From contig OZ244197.1 in assembly GCA_965216785.1 (NCBI GenBank), positions 2,432,001 to 2,496,000 of the forward strand: a stretch of DNA of 64,000 bases, given 5' to 3'. Positions 9,854 through 19,617 of this stretch are shown here, one piece after another (position 1 is the stretch's first letter; each line of letters begins with the position of its first letter). Origin of the DNA: Thermodesulfobacteriota bacterium (GTDB lineage Bacteria > Desulfobacterota_D > UBA1144 > Nemesobacterales > UBA2774). A program made the translations under genes and the position numbers. The notes under the pieces are model-generated. The model had not been told where the DNA came from and did not search any database. It was given only the letters and a program-made list of their open reading frames with translations.

Positions 9854-10510
9854 ATGAAAATAATCAACCTTGTAGACATTCACGGCAATAACCACCCTAT
9901 AGAGAAAATCAGAGATGAGCTTTCCTCAGCCGACCTGGTAATTCTTTCAGGCGACCTCACTCATTTCGGAAGCGGTGAGCAAGCGGCGGAGCTGATAGAA
10001 ACTATAAGGCTCTCAAACGAGAACATACTGGCTGTCACCGGCAATTGCGACACGAAGAGCGTGGACGACTATCTAAGTAAGCAAAAAATTAACCTCCACG
10101 GTAGAGCAAAAAAAGTAGATGGTATTAATTTTATCGGCGCCGGAGGCTCACTGCCGTGCCCGAGCCCCACACCGACCGTTTATACGGAGGAGCAGTACAA
10201 GAAAATTCTTGGGAAATCACTAAAAGACATTAAAAAGAGCGCCCCTATTGTAATGGTTTGCCACCAGCCCCCCTACGATACGGCAAACGACACCCTCGCG
10301 AACGGTGATCACGTGGGAAGCCACACAGTGAGGGACTTCATAAAGGAGAATAAGCCTCTTGTGTGCCTTACGGGGCACATACACGAAGCAGCCGGGATTG
10401 ACGAAATTTACGGAACTAAGATAGTTAACCCCGGTCCCTTGGGAGCGGGCTCATACGCTTACCTTGAGGTATCAGACAAAATAGACAGTCTTGAAATAAG
10501 AGAATACTAA
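9854..10510 (+). CDS. calcineurin-like metallophosphoesterase
   Basis: DIHG, GDLT, GNCD, HQPP, GHIHE, NPG; start at the ATG of MKIINL. Confidence 0.88.
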   Translation: MKIINLVDIHGNNHPIEKIRDELSSADLVILSGDLTHFGSGEQAAELIETIRLSNENILAVTGNCDTKSVDDYLSKQKINLHGRAKKVDGINFIGAGGSLPCPSPTPTVYTEEQYKKILGKSLKDIKKSAPIVMVCHQPPYDTANDTLANGDHVGSHTVRDFIKENKPLVCLTGHIHEAAGIDEIYGTKIVNPGPLGAGSYAYLEVSDKIDSLEIREY

Positions 10511-10614
10511 CTCAAAGTCCAAACTTCTTTAATAGATCAATACTCAAATAAACATAGTTACTTCCGCATTTTTTGTGGTTAAACTGTATGCATTAAAATA
10601 ATCATTATGGAGGG

Positions 10615-11304
10615 ATGAATATGAGTAAGATATTGAATTTGATTAGCTTAAATGAGGCTGCACGGTATTTGGGCGCTATACTGCTCCTGGCGGGAGCTTT
10701 CGTATTGTTGGCAGAAACCGGCGGAGCCGCTGAAAAGTATCACCCGCTCGAGAGCTATACGGTCGAGTACAAAATGGAAGGCGTAAATGCAGGGGAAAAG
10801 ACCCATTACTCTCAGAAATGGGGTAATTTAGTCTGCTGGGTTGAAGTATCCGAACTCAACATGCCTGGCGCGCCTGCGCAGAAAAAGAACGAAAAGGTAA
10901 TAACATACGTAGAAGACGGTCAGCAGTGGATTATCACGATAAACCAGGACGACAACACCGGCACGAAAATGAAAAACCCAATGTTTGAAGGCGTTACGGC
11001 CGGTATGGAAGGCAAAACCCCCAAGGAGTTCAGCGAGCAGTTCATGAAGCAATTGGGAGGTAAAGTGATTGGAGAGAAAACCGTAAACGGTGAAAAGTGT
11101 ACTGAATGGGAGCTTATGGGCGGGGCTAGAACATGTATTACGCCAGATCAGATATCAGTTGAATCCGGAATGGATATGGCCGGTATTAAGATGAAAGAGA
11201 CCGCTGTTAAAATAAACAGGAATGACGGCGGGCCAAAGGACATTTGCGATCCAGGAGACGCTAAGCTAAAAGAAATGGACATGGGCCAAATGCTGGGCCA
11301 GTAA
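10615..11304 (+). CDS. exported hypothetical protein
   Basis: hydrophobic N-terminus, GGAGG RBS, GEKTVNGEKC motif typical of beta-rich periplasmic proteins. Confidence 0.75.
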   Translation: MNMSKILNLISLNEAARYLGAILLLAGAFVLLAETGGAAEKYHPLESYTVEYKMEGVNAGEKTHYSQKWGNLVCWVEVSELNMPGAPAQKKNEKVITYVEDGQQWIITINQDDNTGTKMKNPMFEGVTAGMEGKTPKEFSEQFMKQLGGKVIGEKTVNGEKCTEWELMGGARTCITPDQISVESGMDMAGIKMKETAVKINRNDGGPKDICDPGDAKLKEMDMGQMLGQ

Positions 11305-11323
11305 GATAACACTGAAAGCTTTG

Positions 11324-11351
11324 GAAGAGGCCGTCCAAAGGCGGCCTCTTC
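11324..11351. terminator. probable bidirectional intrinsic terminator
   Basis: GAAGAGGCCG-tccaaagg-CGGCCTCTTC hairpin between convergent genes. Confidence 0.75.
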
Positions 11352-11366
11352 TATTGAAAGAATACT

Positions 11367-11978
11367 TTAACTACTTTTTTGTATACCCTCTATTTCAAGA
11401 GTAATTTTAACTTCATCACCTACAACAAAACCCCCGGCCTCAAGGGCTTTATTCCAGGTCATGCCAAAGTCCTTTCTATTTATCTCAGTAGAGGCTGTAA
11501 AAGCGGAGCGCTTGTTCCCCCAGGGGTCGGTGACACTGCCCCCATAGTCAGCGTCTAGAGTAACCTCTTTAGTTACGCCGTGAATTGTTAGATCGCCTAC
11601 AATTTGCAGCTCATCACCGCTTCCTTTCACTTCTTTACTCTTAAAAGTGATACTCGGGAATTTCTCTACGTCCAGGAACTCATCTGACTTTAGATGGTCA
11701 TCCCTTTTCTTTTTATTGGTATTTATGCTCGAAGCAACGATCTCTGTCTCAACGCTTGAGTTCGCCAGGTTTTCTTCATCGAAACTGTAGCTTCCGTTAA
11801 AGAGATCAAACTGCCCGGTAACGTTACTAATACCAAGGTGCTTTACTTTAAAAATCACCTGGCTGTGGTCTGGGTCAATGTCGTAAACTACGGCTTCTGC
11901 GCGCGAGTCCTGAGAGTGAAGAACGAGCAAAGTAACAACTGCTGCTAAAACAAATGTGATGCCTTTTAAGCTTTTCAT
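11367..11978 (-). CDS. yceI: YceI family polyisoprenoid-binding periplasmic protein
   Basis: IDPDHSQVIFKVKHLGIS, RDDHLKS, GDLTIHGVTK, DPWG, INRKDFG; start MKSLK after a CAGGAGG RBS. Confidence 0.92.
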   Translation of the reverse strand: MKSLKGITFVLAAVVTLLVLHSQDSRAEAVVYDIDPDHSQVIFKVKHLGISNVTGQFDLFNGSYSFDEENLANSSVETEIVASSINTNKKKRDDHLKSDEFLDVEKFPSITFKSKEVKGSGDELQIVGDLTIHGVTKEVTLDADYGGSVTDPWGNKRSAFTASTEINRKDFGMTWNKALEAGGFVVGDEVKITLEIEGIQKSS

Positions 11979-12008
11979 GGATACTGCCTCCTGATTAGAT
12001 TGTTCTGA

Positions 12009-12082
12009 TATGATTTTCGATGAAATCATAAAGTTATAGATTCAAAAAATACCACATGATTTTTTGGTTGCTATAACTTTAT
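12009..12082. promoter_or_regulatory. two overlapping inverted repeats upstream of yceI
   Basis: TATGATTT-N6-AAATCATA (12009-12030); ATAAAGTTATAG..CAAAAAAT-N8-ATTTTTTG..CTATAACTTTAT (12028-12082). Confidence 0.55.
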
Positions 12083-12112
12083 TTGATAAAAGTAATGTGC
12101 GTGAGTATGAAC

Positions 12113-12922
12113 TCAGGAAAAATGGGACAGCCTCGTCCTTCTAATAAATACAGCTCCCAGTAGACCGAGAACTCCAGCCATAGCAATCAACCCCCACTGG
12201 CTGAGAGTCGGTATGGGCCTAGGGGCTGCGAGAGGCTCACCGATAAGCTGGAAAGAAAGGTCTGGGCCTGTGAGCGCTATACAATCAGGACCGGGGGTCC
12301 ATGACGTACATCCGTGATTGAAACCGTCTTGAGGGTTTTCCCAGACAAACAGATTCAGATTCTGCTCTATAATTGTCATCCAGAACCATTGACCGCCGGG
12401 ATTAAAAGACATATTCACCTGCACGGAAACCCAATAGGTCCCTGATGTAAGCGTGCACGGCTCTGGCAGGTTAATAATAAAATTGGGATCTAAAACATTC
12501 TGGGGCTGGATGTTTGAATACTCACACCCTGGCACCGAGCCACCTGGCAAACTGCCGTTGTCTTCAAAGAAAACTACGTTTAAAGATTGAATAGGGCCTG
12601 GTCCGCTCAGATAGAAACCACTAGCTCTGAGTGTTTCTATATTCCAAATGGTCGCTCCCGGCACTTCAAAATCATCGGCGGCACGACTGTCAAGATTATC
12701 AAATACTCCTCCCGGATCTGTGAAATTCTGGGCCGTAACTCCTGTGCCTTCCGCAGTGCCGATCTGGTCCCAGAGCACCTCGGAAAACTGAGCCGCGCTC
12801 ACAGGGGGCGAGCCATCGGCGCTCGATACCTGAGCGCTTGAGTTGGGCGCGGTAAAAACAACAGCCGCCAGTATAAAAAATATAGCTATCTTGAACTGAA
12901 ATATATTGGAACTTCCCATCAT
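12113..12922 (-). CDS. IPTL-CTERM sorting domain surface protein
   Basis: signal peptide; C-terminal IPTLSQWG, TM helix and RRTR basic tail. Confidence 0.9.
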   Translation of the reverse strand: MMGSSNIFQFKIAIFFILAAVVFTAPNSSAQVSSADGSPPVSAAQFSEVLWDQIGTAEGTGVTAQNFTDPGGVFDNLDSRAADDFEVPGATIWNIETLRASGFYLSGPGPIQSLNVVFFEDNGSLPGGSVPGCEYSNIQPQNVLDPNFIINLPEPCTLTSGTYWVSVQVNMSFNPGGQWFWMTIIEQNLNLFVWENPQDGFNHGCTSWTPGPDCIALTGPDLSFQLIGEPLAAPRPIPTLSQWGLIAMAGVLGLLGAVFIRRTRLSHFS

Positions 12923-13101
12923 AAAATTCCTCCTAAAAATATACAGATATAAAGCAAAGGTGGTTAATTGTAAGCAACGATAGTCTATTTTAGCACTTTA
13001 GATATTTATATCAATTTCAAAAACCTTTAGCGGGCTTCTATTCTTTGCCTCATTTTTTGATATGATTATAATTCATACAATTCCTGGTAGAAACGGAGCG
13101 C

Positions 13102-13593
13102 ATGATGTCTGAAGTTACAATACGTGAGGCAAGAATCGAAGACGCCCGGAGCATGGCTGAAATCTTAAGAGAAATCGGTTGGTCGGAGAGGCGGAACGCG
13201 ATGCCCGTGGAGGAAGTGTCCGGCCCGATAGAAAAGCTGATCGAGCACTGCAGACAGGATAGCGAAGGCCACACTATGCTGGTCGCGGTAGACTCCGGCG
13301 ATAAAGTGCTCGGGTTCACAAACGTCCACTGGGTGCCTTTTGTGATGCTCGGGAGTACCGAGGGCTACGTGTCGGACGTATTCGTAAGTCCGGCCTCAAG
13401 CGGCATGGGTGCGGGGAGAGCGCTCATCGAGCATGTGATGGAAGAGGGGAAGAGAAGGGGGTGCATGAGGCTAATGCTGACAAACGGCAAGGAAAAACCC
13501 TCATACAAAAGAGATTTTTATAAAAAACTCGGCTGGACAGAAAGACCGCTTGTCGCTAATTTCGTATACTACTATGAAGAGCCCTGGTCTTAG
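13102..13593 (+). CDS. GNAT family N-acetyltransferase
   Basis: IREARIED, VFVSPASSGMGAGRAL, FYKKLGW. Confidence 0.9.
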   Translation: MMSEVTIREARIEDARSMAEILREIGWSERRNAMPVEEVSGPIEKLIEHCRQDSEGHTMLVAVDSGDKVLGFTNVHWVPFVMLGSTEGYVSDVFVSPASSGMGAGRALIEHVMEEGKRRGCMRLMLTNGKEKPSYKRDFYKKLGWTERPLVANFVYYYEEPWS

Positions 13594-13634
13594 CTCATAC
13601 GTTAGGAAGATATTAGGTATAGGTACATCAATAA

Positions 13635-14138
13635 ATGTCCAAAACAAAAACACTATTCCTCTTACGTCACGCAAAATCGAGCTGGGACGACCCGTCGCTT
13701 GAGGACATTGACCGCCCGCTCAATAAGCGCGGCAAAAAAGACGCGCCCGAAATGGGGAAGCGCCTAGCAAAATACGACGTCATACCGCAGGTAGTGGTAT
13801 CAAGCCCCGCGCTCAGGGCCTATAGAACCGCACAGAAAGTATCCGAGGAGCTTGGTTTTGAAAAAGCGGATATCTGTGTGGACGAGCGCGTCTATTCCTG
13901 GGACTCAAACACCGTGCTTGACGTAATCAACTCACTCGACGACAAATATCAGTCCGCTATGATCGTATTCCATAATCCCGCGATCACCGATCTGGTAAAC
14001 GAGCTAACAAGAGCAGACATAGACAACGTACCCACGTGCGGAGTCGCGACAATCGGTTTTGACACGGAAAATTGGTCGCAAGTTAAAAAAGGAAAGGGCC
14101 GGCTCATAAAATTCGACTATCCCAAAAACCCCCGGTAG
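13635..14138 (+). CDS. sixA: SixA-like phosphohistidine phosphatase
   Basis: LLRHAKSSW, DRPLNKRG, SSPALRA, HNP. Confidence 0.88.
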   Translation: MSKTKTLFLLRHAKSSWDDPSLEDIDRPLNKRGKKDAPEMGKRLAKYDVIPQVVVSSPALRAYRTAQKVSEELGFEKADICVDERVYSWDSNTVLDVINSLDDKYQSAMIVFHNPAITDLVNELTRADIDNVPTCGVATIGFDTENWSQVKKGKGRLIKFDYPKNPR

Positions 14139-14153
14139 CATTTCTTAAAGAGG

Positions 14154-14651
14154 ATGAAAACTATGAAAATCTCAACACCAGACCTATGTGACGCCTATCC
14201 CGATTCTGTAAATATCGCGGAGCCGATATTCAGGAGCTACGGAGCAAAACCCTCGTTCGGAGGACAAATAGTCACCGTTAAGTGCTTTGAGGATAATTCC
14301 CGCGTTAAAGAGCTCGCGGCTACCAACGGCAACGCAAAGGTAATGGTCGTTGACGGCGGGGGATCTTTAAAACGCGCTCTCCTAGGCGACCTCATAGCCG
14401 AAAGCGCCCGTGAGAATAACTGGGAAGGGGTCATCATAAACGGCTGCATTCGTGATGTGGATGTAATAGCGGACATCGGCATTGGGGTAAAGGCGCTTAA
14501 CTGCATTCCGCTCAAGACAGAGCGCAAGGGGCTGGGGGAAACGAACATTCCGGTGAGCTTTGCGGGGGTTATCTTTAACCCGGGCGAATATGTTTACTCG
14601 GACGAAACAGGGATAATCGTATCAGCGAGTGAGCTAAAAATGCCCGAATGA
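14154..14651 (+). CDS. rraA: RraA / HMG-aldolase family protein
   Basis: [32 protein letters not shown]. Confidence 0.9.
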   Translation: MKTMKISTPDLCDAYPDSVNIAEPIFRSYGAKPSFGGQIVTVKCFEDNSRVKELAATNGNAKVMVVDGGGSLKRALLGDLIAESARENNWEGVIINGCIRDVDVIADIGIGVKALNCIPLKTERKGLGETNIPVSFAGVIFNPGEYVYSDETGIIVSASELKMPE

Positions 14652-15281
14652 TCAAAACTTTGAGATATAAGCGTACATGAGCCAAAAGTGCATGGCGCTT
14701 CCAATCATAATAAACACATGAAAAACCTCATGGAACCCGAAAAAACCGGGCCAAGGGTCAGGTCTGCCGACCGCGTAAATTACCGCGCCGAGTGTATAGA
14801 ACCCCCCTCCTACGAATAGCCACAGCGCCCCGCCCGTGCCAAGCGCGTTAATAATAGGAATAAGATAAATCAGTGCAATCCAGCCCGCGAACACATATAT
14901 TACGGAGGAAAACCATCTTGGAGCGTGTATCCAGAATATCTTTATCAGTATGCCTATTACAGCAAGCCCCCAGATGATTGCAAGCAGGCTCCACCCCCAA
15001 AACCCTTTCAGCGCTATGAGGCATATCGGGGTATAAGTAGAGGCAATGAACACAAATATCATTTTATGGTCAATCTTCTTGAGCCTCTTTATACCGTTTT
15101 CGGATAAAAATAAAGTATGATAAATCGTACTTGCGGCGTATACCATCATCATGCCCGCACCGAATATCGTAAACGTAACAATATGAAGGGGTTTTACCTC
15201 TGGATATATTGAGATGTAGAGTAGAACCACGAGACCGAAGAACGCCCCTATAAACGCTATAAAGTGAGTAAGCGCGCTCAT
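14652..15281 (-). CDS. hemolysin III / PAQR family membrane protein (true start possibly ATA at 15323)
   Basis: STIYH, DHKMIF, TYTP, GFHEVFHVF, MH; 7 TM. Confidence 0.92.
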   Translation of the reverse strand: MSALTHFIAFIGAFFGLVVLLYISIYPEVKPLHIVTFTIFGAGMMMVYAASTIYHTLFLSENGIKRLKKIDHKMIFVFIASTYTPICLIALKGFWGWSLLAIIWGLAVIGILIKIFWIHAPRWFSSVIYVFAGWIALIYLIPIINALGTGGALWLFVGGGFYTLGAVIYAVGRPDPWPGFFGFHEVFHVFIMIGSAMHFWLMYAYISKF

Positions 15282-15563
15282 TGGCTCTCTAGCTAGGCTG
15301 AATAAGTACTTAGAGTTTTTTATTGTTCAATCCAAAAATAGAAATTTGATTAGGCTGGCCCCTGACTATCAGGTCTTATTTCTCCCAATTCTATTAATGC
15401 TCGGCCGGGGTTTATAATATAACGAATGTTAAGGCTATATCAATGCGCTTATAAAGCTCCGGCACCTTCATTCCGCGCTCAGAAACTCTATTGATTAAAA
15501 TCTCAAAATATTCTACAATCACTAAAAGTAGGCAATAGAAGCGCAATTCACCCGGAGCTGACT

Positions 15564-17438
15564 ATGAAACTACTTCTAATAAACCCAAGATTCCCCGAAA
15601 GTTTTTGGAGTTTTAAATGGGCGGTAGATAATATCATGCCCACGGATATCAGAACCATTAACCCCCCGCTGGGGCTTGCCACTCTTGCAGCGTTAAGCCC
15701 CGAGGACTGGGAAATAGAAATAATAGACGAAAACATTGAATCCATCCCCCTTGAACCACAGGCCGACATTATAGGGATTTGCGGCATGGGCGTTCAGTTC
15801 AAGCGCCAAAAAGAGCTAATTTCTTTCTATAAGAACCAGGGCCACTTTGTAGTGGCCGGCGGAAGCTACGCCTCTCTTTGCCCAGAGCACTTCGGTGACA
15901 TGGCCGACGCTATCATAGCCGGTGAGGCCGAGTACATATGGAAACAGTTCTGCGAGGATTTCGTTAACGGCACACATAAAAAGCTCTATCACGAAACAAA
16001 CGAGGTATCTCTTGAGGACTCGCCCACGCCAAGGTTCGACCTGCTCAAGATAGACAGCTACCAGGCCGTGAGCCTCCAGTTTTCAAGGGGCTGTCCTTAC
16101 CGCTGCGAGTTCTGTGACATAATTATAATGTTCGGCAGAAAGCCGCGCACAAAATCCATGAAACAGGTGGGAAGAGAGCTCGATGAGCTGAGGAAGTTAG
16201 GGGTAAGAAACGTATTCTTCGTAGACGATAATCTAATCGGCAATAAGCCAGTGGCTAAGAAGCTCATGGCTTATTTAAGGGACTATCAGAAAGAGCACGA
16301 CTACAATTTCGTCTTCGGTACAGAGGCCTCTTTGAACTTATCTCAGGACGATGAGCTGCTGGATTTGTTCACCCAAGCCAACTTCGCGTGGGTCTTTATC
16401 GGTATAGAATCACCGGATGAAGAAAGCTTAAAAGAAACGCTCAAGTTTCAAAATACCCGCTCTGATATATTGAGCTCCATAAGACACATATACTCTTACG
16501 GCATAGAGGTGCTAGCAGGGTTTATCATCGGATTCGATAACGACACGCTCAAAACGTTTGATCTGCAATATAATTTTATCCAGAACTCAGGAATACAGAC
16601 CTCTATGATCGGGCTGCTTACGGCCGTGCCCAAGACGCCGCTATATGAGCGGCTCGAGAAAGACGGGCGTCTGATCAAAGAATCGAGCGGAACTGACAAT
16701 ACAAAGCTCGGCACCAATTTGATCCCCCTGGGGATGGGTTATGAAGAGATGGTAGAGGGCTATCGTAATCTATATTACAGGCTCCTTGACGATAGAGTGA
16801 TCGCGGAAAGGATAAACAATAAATCCAGGTACATGCCTAAACCCCTGTTTAGGAGTACATATAGCTACCGCCAGCAGCTAAGAGCGGTTTCCAGGATTTT
16901 AGTACGCGGCATCATTCCCGGCGGGCCTAAACGCATACTCAGCTTTCTCAGCACCATACCTTTTCGCAACCCATCTCAGATACCTCACGTCCTGCAGGAC
17001 TGGGTAGTCGGAATTGCGATGAAGGATTACGTAGACCGCCATTTTATCAAAGAGTTCGAAGAGTCAAACGACCTGGCCATAAACCATGTGGCGTCGATTG
17101 AGAAATCATTTGAGCCCTACGTGAACAAAGGGGCGCTTGAGATATCTCTTGACAGAGTAAAGAATACTGCGGCAAGCCTGTCCATTTCGATAAAAGGGAT
17201 CGTGGACATGGATTTCTTCCAGAACGTAGCCCCTCACCTCGAGAGCATACTAAAGAACACCCCCTCTTCCATACGCTTCAACATAGACGAGCATAATGAG
17301 CAGCAAAATGCTCACCTGAACAGGCTCTTTTCCCGCCTCTCGCGCTATGGCGACAGGATATACATTGCCGTGCACGAAAAGTGGAGAAATAAAGTAGCCG
17401 TTGACTCCTCGGTATTTAACCTGGTACTTGATACTTAG
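15564..17438 (+). CDS. B12-binding radical SAM protein (DUF4070-type) with C-terminal extension
   Basis: PPLGLATLAAL B12 domain, SRGCPYRCEFC, FVDDN, FIGIES, GFIIGFD. Confidence 0.9.
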   Translation: MKLLLINPRFPESFWSFKWAVDNIMPTDIRTINPPLGLATLAALSPEDWEIEIIDENIESIPLEPQADIIGICGMGVQFKRQKELISFYKNQGHFVVAGGSYASLCPEHFGDMADAIIAGEAEYIWKQFCEDFVNGTHKKLYHETNEVSLEDSPTPRFDLLKIDSYQAVSLQFSRGCPYRCEFCDIIIMFGRKPRTKSMKQVGRELDELRKLGVRNVFFVDDNLIGNKPVAKKLMAYLRDYQKEHDYNFVFGTEASLNLSQDDELLDLFTQANFAWVFIGIESPDEESLKETLKFQNTRSDILSSIRHIYSYGIEVLAGFIIGFDNDTLKTFDLQYNFIQNSGIQTSMIGLLTAVPKTPLYERLEKDGRLIKESSGTDNTKLGTNLIPLGMGYEEMVEGYRNLYYRLLDDRVIAERINNKSRYMPKPLFRSTYSYRQQLRAVSRILVRGIIPGGPKRILSFLSTIPFRNPSQIPHVLQDWVVGIAMKDYVDRHFIKEFEESNDLAINHVASIEKSFEPYVNKGALEISLDRVKNTAASLSISIKGIVDMDFFQNVAPHLESILKNTPSSIRFNIDEHNEQQNAHLNRLFSRLSRYGDRIYIAVHEKWRNKVAVDSSVFNLVLDT

Positions 17439-17486
17439 GTCTGTAAGCATTTAGCATTTAAAGCTAAAAATTTTCCCATATAGCTG

Positions 17487-17516
17487 TTGACTTCCTCGCA
17501 GAACAGGGAATAATGT
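17487..17516 (+). promoter_or_regulatory. putative sigma70 promoter of rplU-rpmA
   Basis: TTGACT-N18-TAATGT upstream of an AGGAG RBS. Confidence 0.5.
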
Positions 17517-17546
17517 TAGGCTATAGTAACTCAGGAGAGGTGTATC

Positions 17547-17861
17547 ATGCAGGCAGTTATCAGAACCGGTGGTAAGCAGTACAGCGTATCCACGGGCGAT
17601 ATAATAGAAGTAGAAAAGCTTCAGGGAAACCCCGGAGACGAAGTAGAACTTAATGAAGTGCTTATGGTTACGCCCGATAAAGGCAAAGCCCAGATAGGCA
17701 CACCGTTAATAGATAACGCGGTGGTCAAGGCCAAAATACTCGGTGAGAAGAAAGGCAAGAAAATTGTGGTTTTTAAATTTAAAAGAAGAAAAGACTACAG
17801 AAATAAAAACGGTCACAGACAGCGTTATACGTCTTTAGAAATTACTGATATTGTAAATTAG
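17547..17861 (+). CDS. rplU: 50S ribosomal protein L21
   Basis: [19 protein letters not shown]. Confidence 0.98.
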   Translation: MQAVIRTGGKQYSVSTGDIIEVEKLQGNPGDEVELNEVLMVTPDKGKAQIGTPLIDNAVVKAKILGEKKGKKIVVFKFKRRKDYRNKNGHRQRYTSLEITDIVN

Positions 17862-17872
17862 GAGAAGATCCC

Positions 17873-18133
17873 ATGTCGACAAAAAAAGGCGGCGGAAGTA
17901 CACGAAACGGAAGAGACACAGCTGGGAAGAGACTCGGTATAAAACACTTTGGCGGAGAGAACGTCAGAGCCGGGAATATTATAGCCAGACAGAGGGGCAC
18001 AAAGTTCCATCCGGGCGATGGCGTAGGTATCGGCAGAGACCATACGTTATTTGCGCTCATTGACGGCACTGTAGAGTTTAAGAGGTTCAAGAAAAATAAG
18101 ACCAAGGTAAACATCCAGCCGGTTTCGGAATAA
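17873..18133 (+). CDS. rpmA: 50S ribosomal protein L27
   Basis: [25 protein letters not shown]. Confidence 0.98.
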   Translation: MSTKKGGGSTRNGRDTAGKRLGIKHFGGENVRAGNIIARQRGTKFHPGDGVGIGRDHTLFALIDGTVEFKRFKKNKTKVNIQPVSE

Positions 18134-18378
18134 ACATTTCGCTCAGTTAGGCGGTCAGCGCCGTATACAGTTAATTGAGTAAAGCAGTAAACCAAATCAG
18201 AGTTTGCACCTTTAGACTCGACATACAGCTTTCTTTCGGTTATATAAATTCTGTACTCAGCTTTTTAGCAGTTTCCTCTTTACTAGTTTGTAATAACTCA
18301 GTAATATGAGATTAGGCAGCTCAAGTACTCACTGCGAACTAATAAAGGCTCAACAATATAATTGGAGAATGATGATAT

Positions 18379-19614
18379 ATGGGACTTCAAGCCAGGATGA
18401 AGAATTTTAATCCCGGAAACGGCTTTTTTTTAATAATAATATTTATCTTGGTAGCAGTAGCGATTGCGATATTCAACTCTTATTATTTCACCACAACCCT
18501 AAAAGATCAGGAAGCACAGGAGCTTTCTTCTCTATTTAACGATCCTGACAAAAGCTTTGCGGAAACCGCAAAGAGCATACTGGATTCCAGCCAGGAAGTA
18601 GTTTACATTCAGCTGCTTGACGAGCAGGGAACTCTGAAGGAAAGCTTCGGCACTGAAAACGGTGAAGAGCTTGAAATAGTCCCCATTGCAACTTCTGATA
18701 ATGAAACCATAGTTATGGGAATTCTGGCGGGAGACCAGAGAACCCTGGTGCTTTCCGCAGTTCTATGGAGCGCTCTTATCGGTCTTGCTGTTTCCATAGT
18801 GCTTATATTTATATTCTCGCTATTCAACGGAACCAGAGCAGATTCACTTGAGACTCTCATTTCAGGTATGAAAAGCATTTCCCGTGGAGATTTCAAGACG
18901 AGGCTCCACTCGACAGATTCCTCAGACGATGTGAACGTAATCCGCGCGTTCGAGACATTTAATCAGATGGCTGACATGCTGGGCAGAAAGGACTTTGATC
19001 ATCCTGAAGAGGAATCGCTATTCCAGCCTACGCTCATATCCGCAGAAGAAGCCGAAGAAGAGTTCGGACATCCTAAAACGCGCGACGTAACCGTGTTCGT
19101 GGCAAAGATCGCGGACTTTCAGGAGCTCTCTACGACTCTTGACGCGGCGGAATTTAATTCTTTTCTGGCGGACTACAGAAAGGCCGCTTCATCGATTATC
19201 TCTAATTACGGAGGTGTAATCGAAGCGCTTCTTAAAGACGAGATAGTAGCGTTCTTTAACGCCCCGGATGAGCAGAACAAACCTGAGCTCAGGGCAGTGT
19301 GCTCTGCAGTAGAGGTGCTGCAGCTCCTGGCGAGTATCACAAGAGAGCGCAAGATAGAGGGTAAGACCGCCATCAGCGGCAAGATCGGGATTGGAACGAA
19401 GACGCTGTCCGTGTACGAAGAGTCAGGTGTGCCGCACGGAATAAAAGAAGTAACAGATATAGCAAGACACATCAGCACCGTGGCCCCAATCTGGCGCGTG
19501 ATCGTTTCTGATGACGTATATCAAACTTTAGGATCCTATGTCGAGGCAAGGGAGCTTAAGCTCGGCGACGAGTCCTACTTCTCAATCGTGGGTGTTGAAG
19601 AAGGGGCTATTTAA
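18379..19614 (+). CDS. membrane HAMP + degenerate class III adenylate/guanylate cyclase domain protein
   Basis: two TMs, HAMP (ISRGDF..FNQMAD), cyclase fold with substituted catalytic residues. Confidence 0.8.
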   Translation: MGLQARMKNFNPGNGFFLIIIFILVAVAIAIFNSYYFTTTLKDQEAQELSSLFNDPDKSFAETAKSILDSSQEVVYIQLLDEQGTLKESFGTENGEELEIVPIATSDNETIVMGILAGDQRTLVLSAVLWSALIGLAVSIVLIFIFSLFNGTRADSLETLISGMKSISRGDFKTRLHSTDSSDDVNVIRAFETFNQMADMLGRKDFDHPEEESLFQPTLISAEEAEEEFGHPKTRDVTVFVAKIADFQELSTTLDAAEFNSFLADYRKAASSIISNYGGVIEALLKDEIVAFFNAPDEQNKPELRAVCSAVEVLQLLASITRERKIEGKTAISGKIGIGTKTLSVYEESGVPHGIKEVTDIARHISTVAPIWRVIVSDDVYQTLGSYVEARELKLGDESYFSIVGVEEGAI

Positions 19615-19617
19615 AAT

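Noticed and set aside
12990-12997. CIRCE-like TTAGCACT half-site
   Set aside because: No GAGTGCTAA partner after 9 nt, and not upstream of a heat-shock gene
18134-18378. tRNA or riboswitch after rpmA
   Set aside because: No cloverleaf, T-loop or known aptamer motif seen
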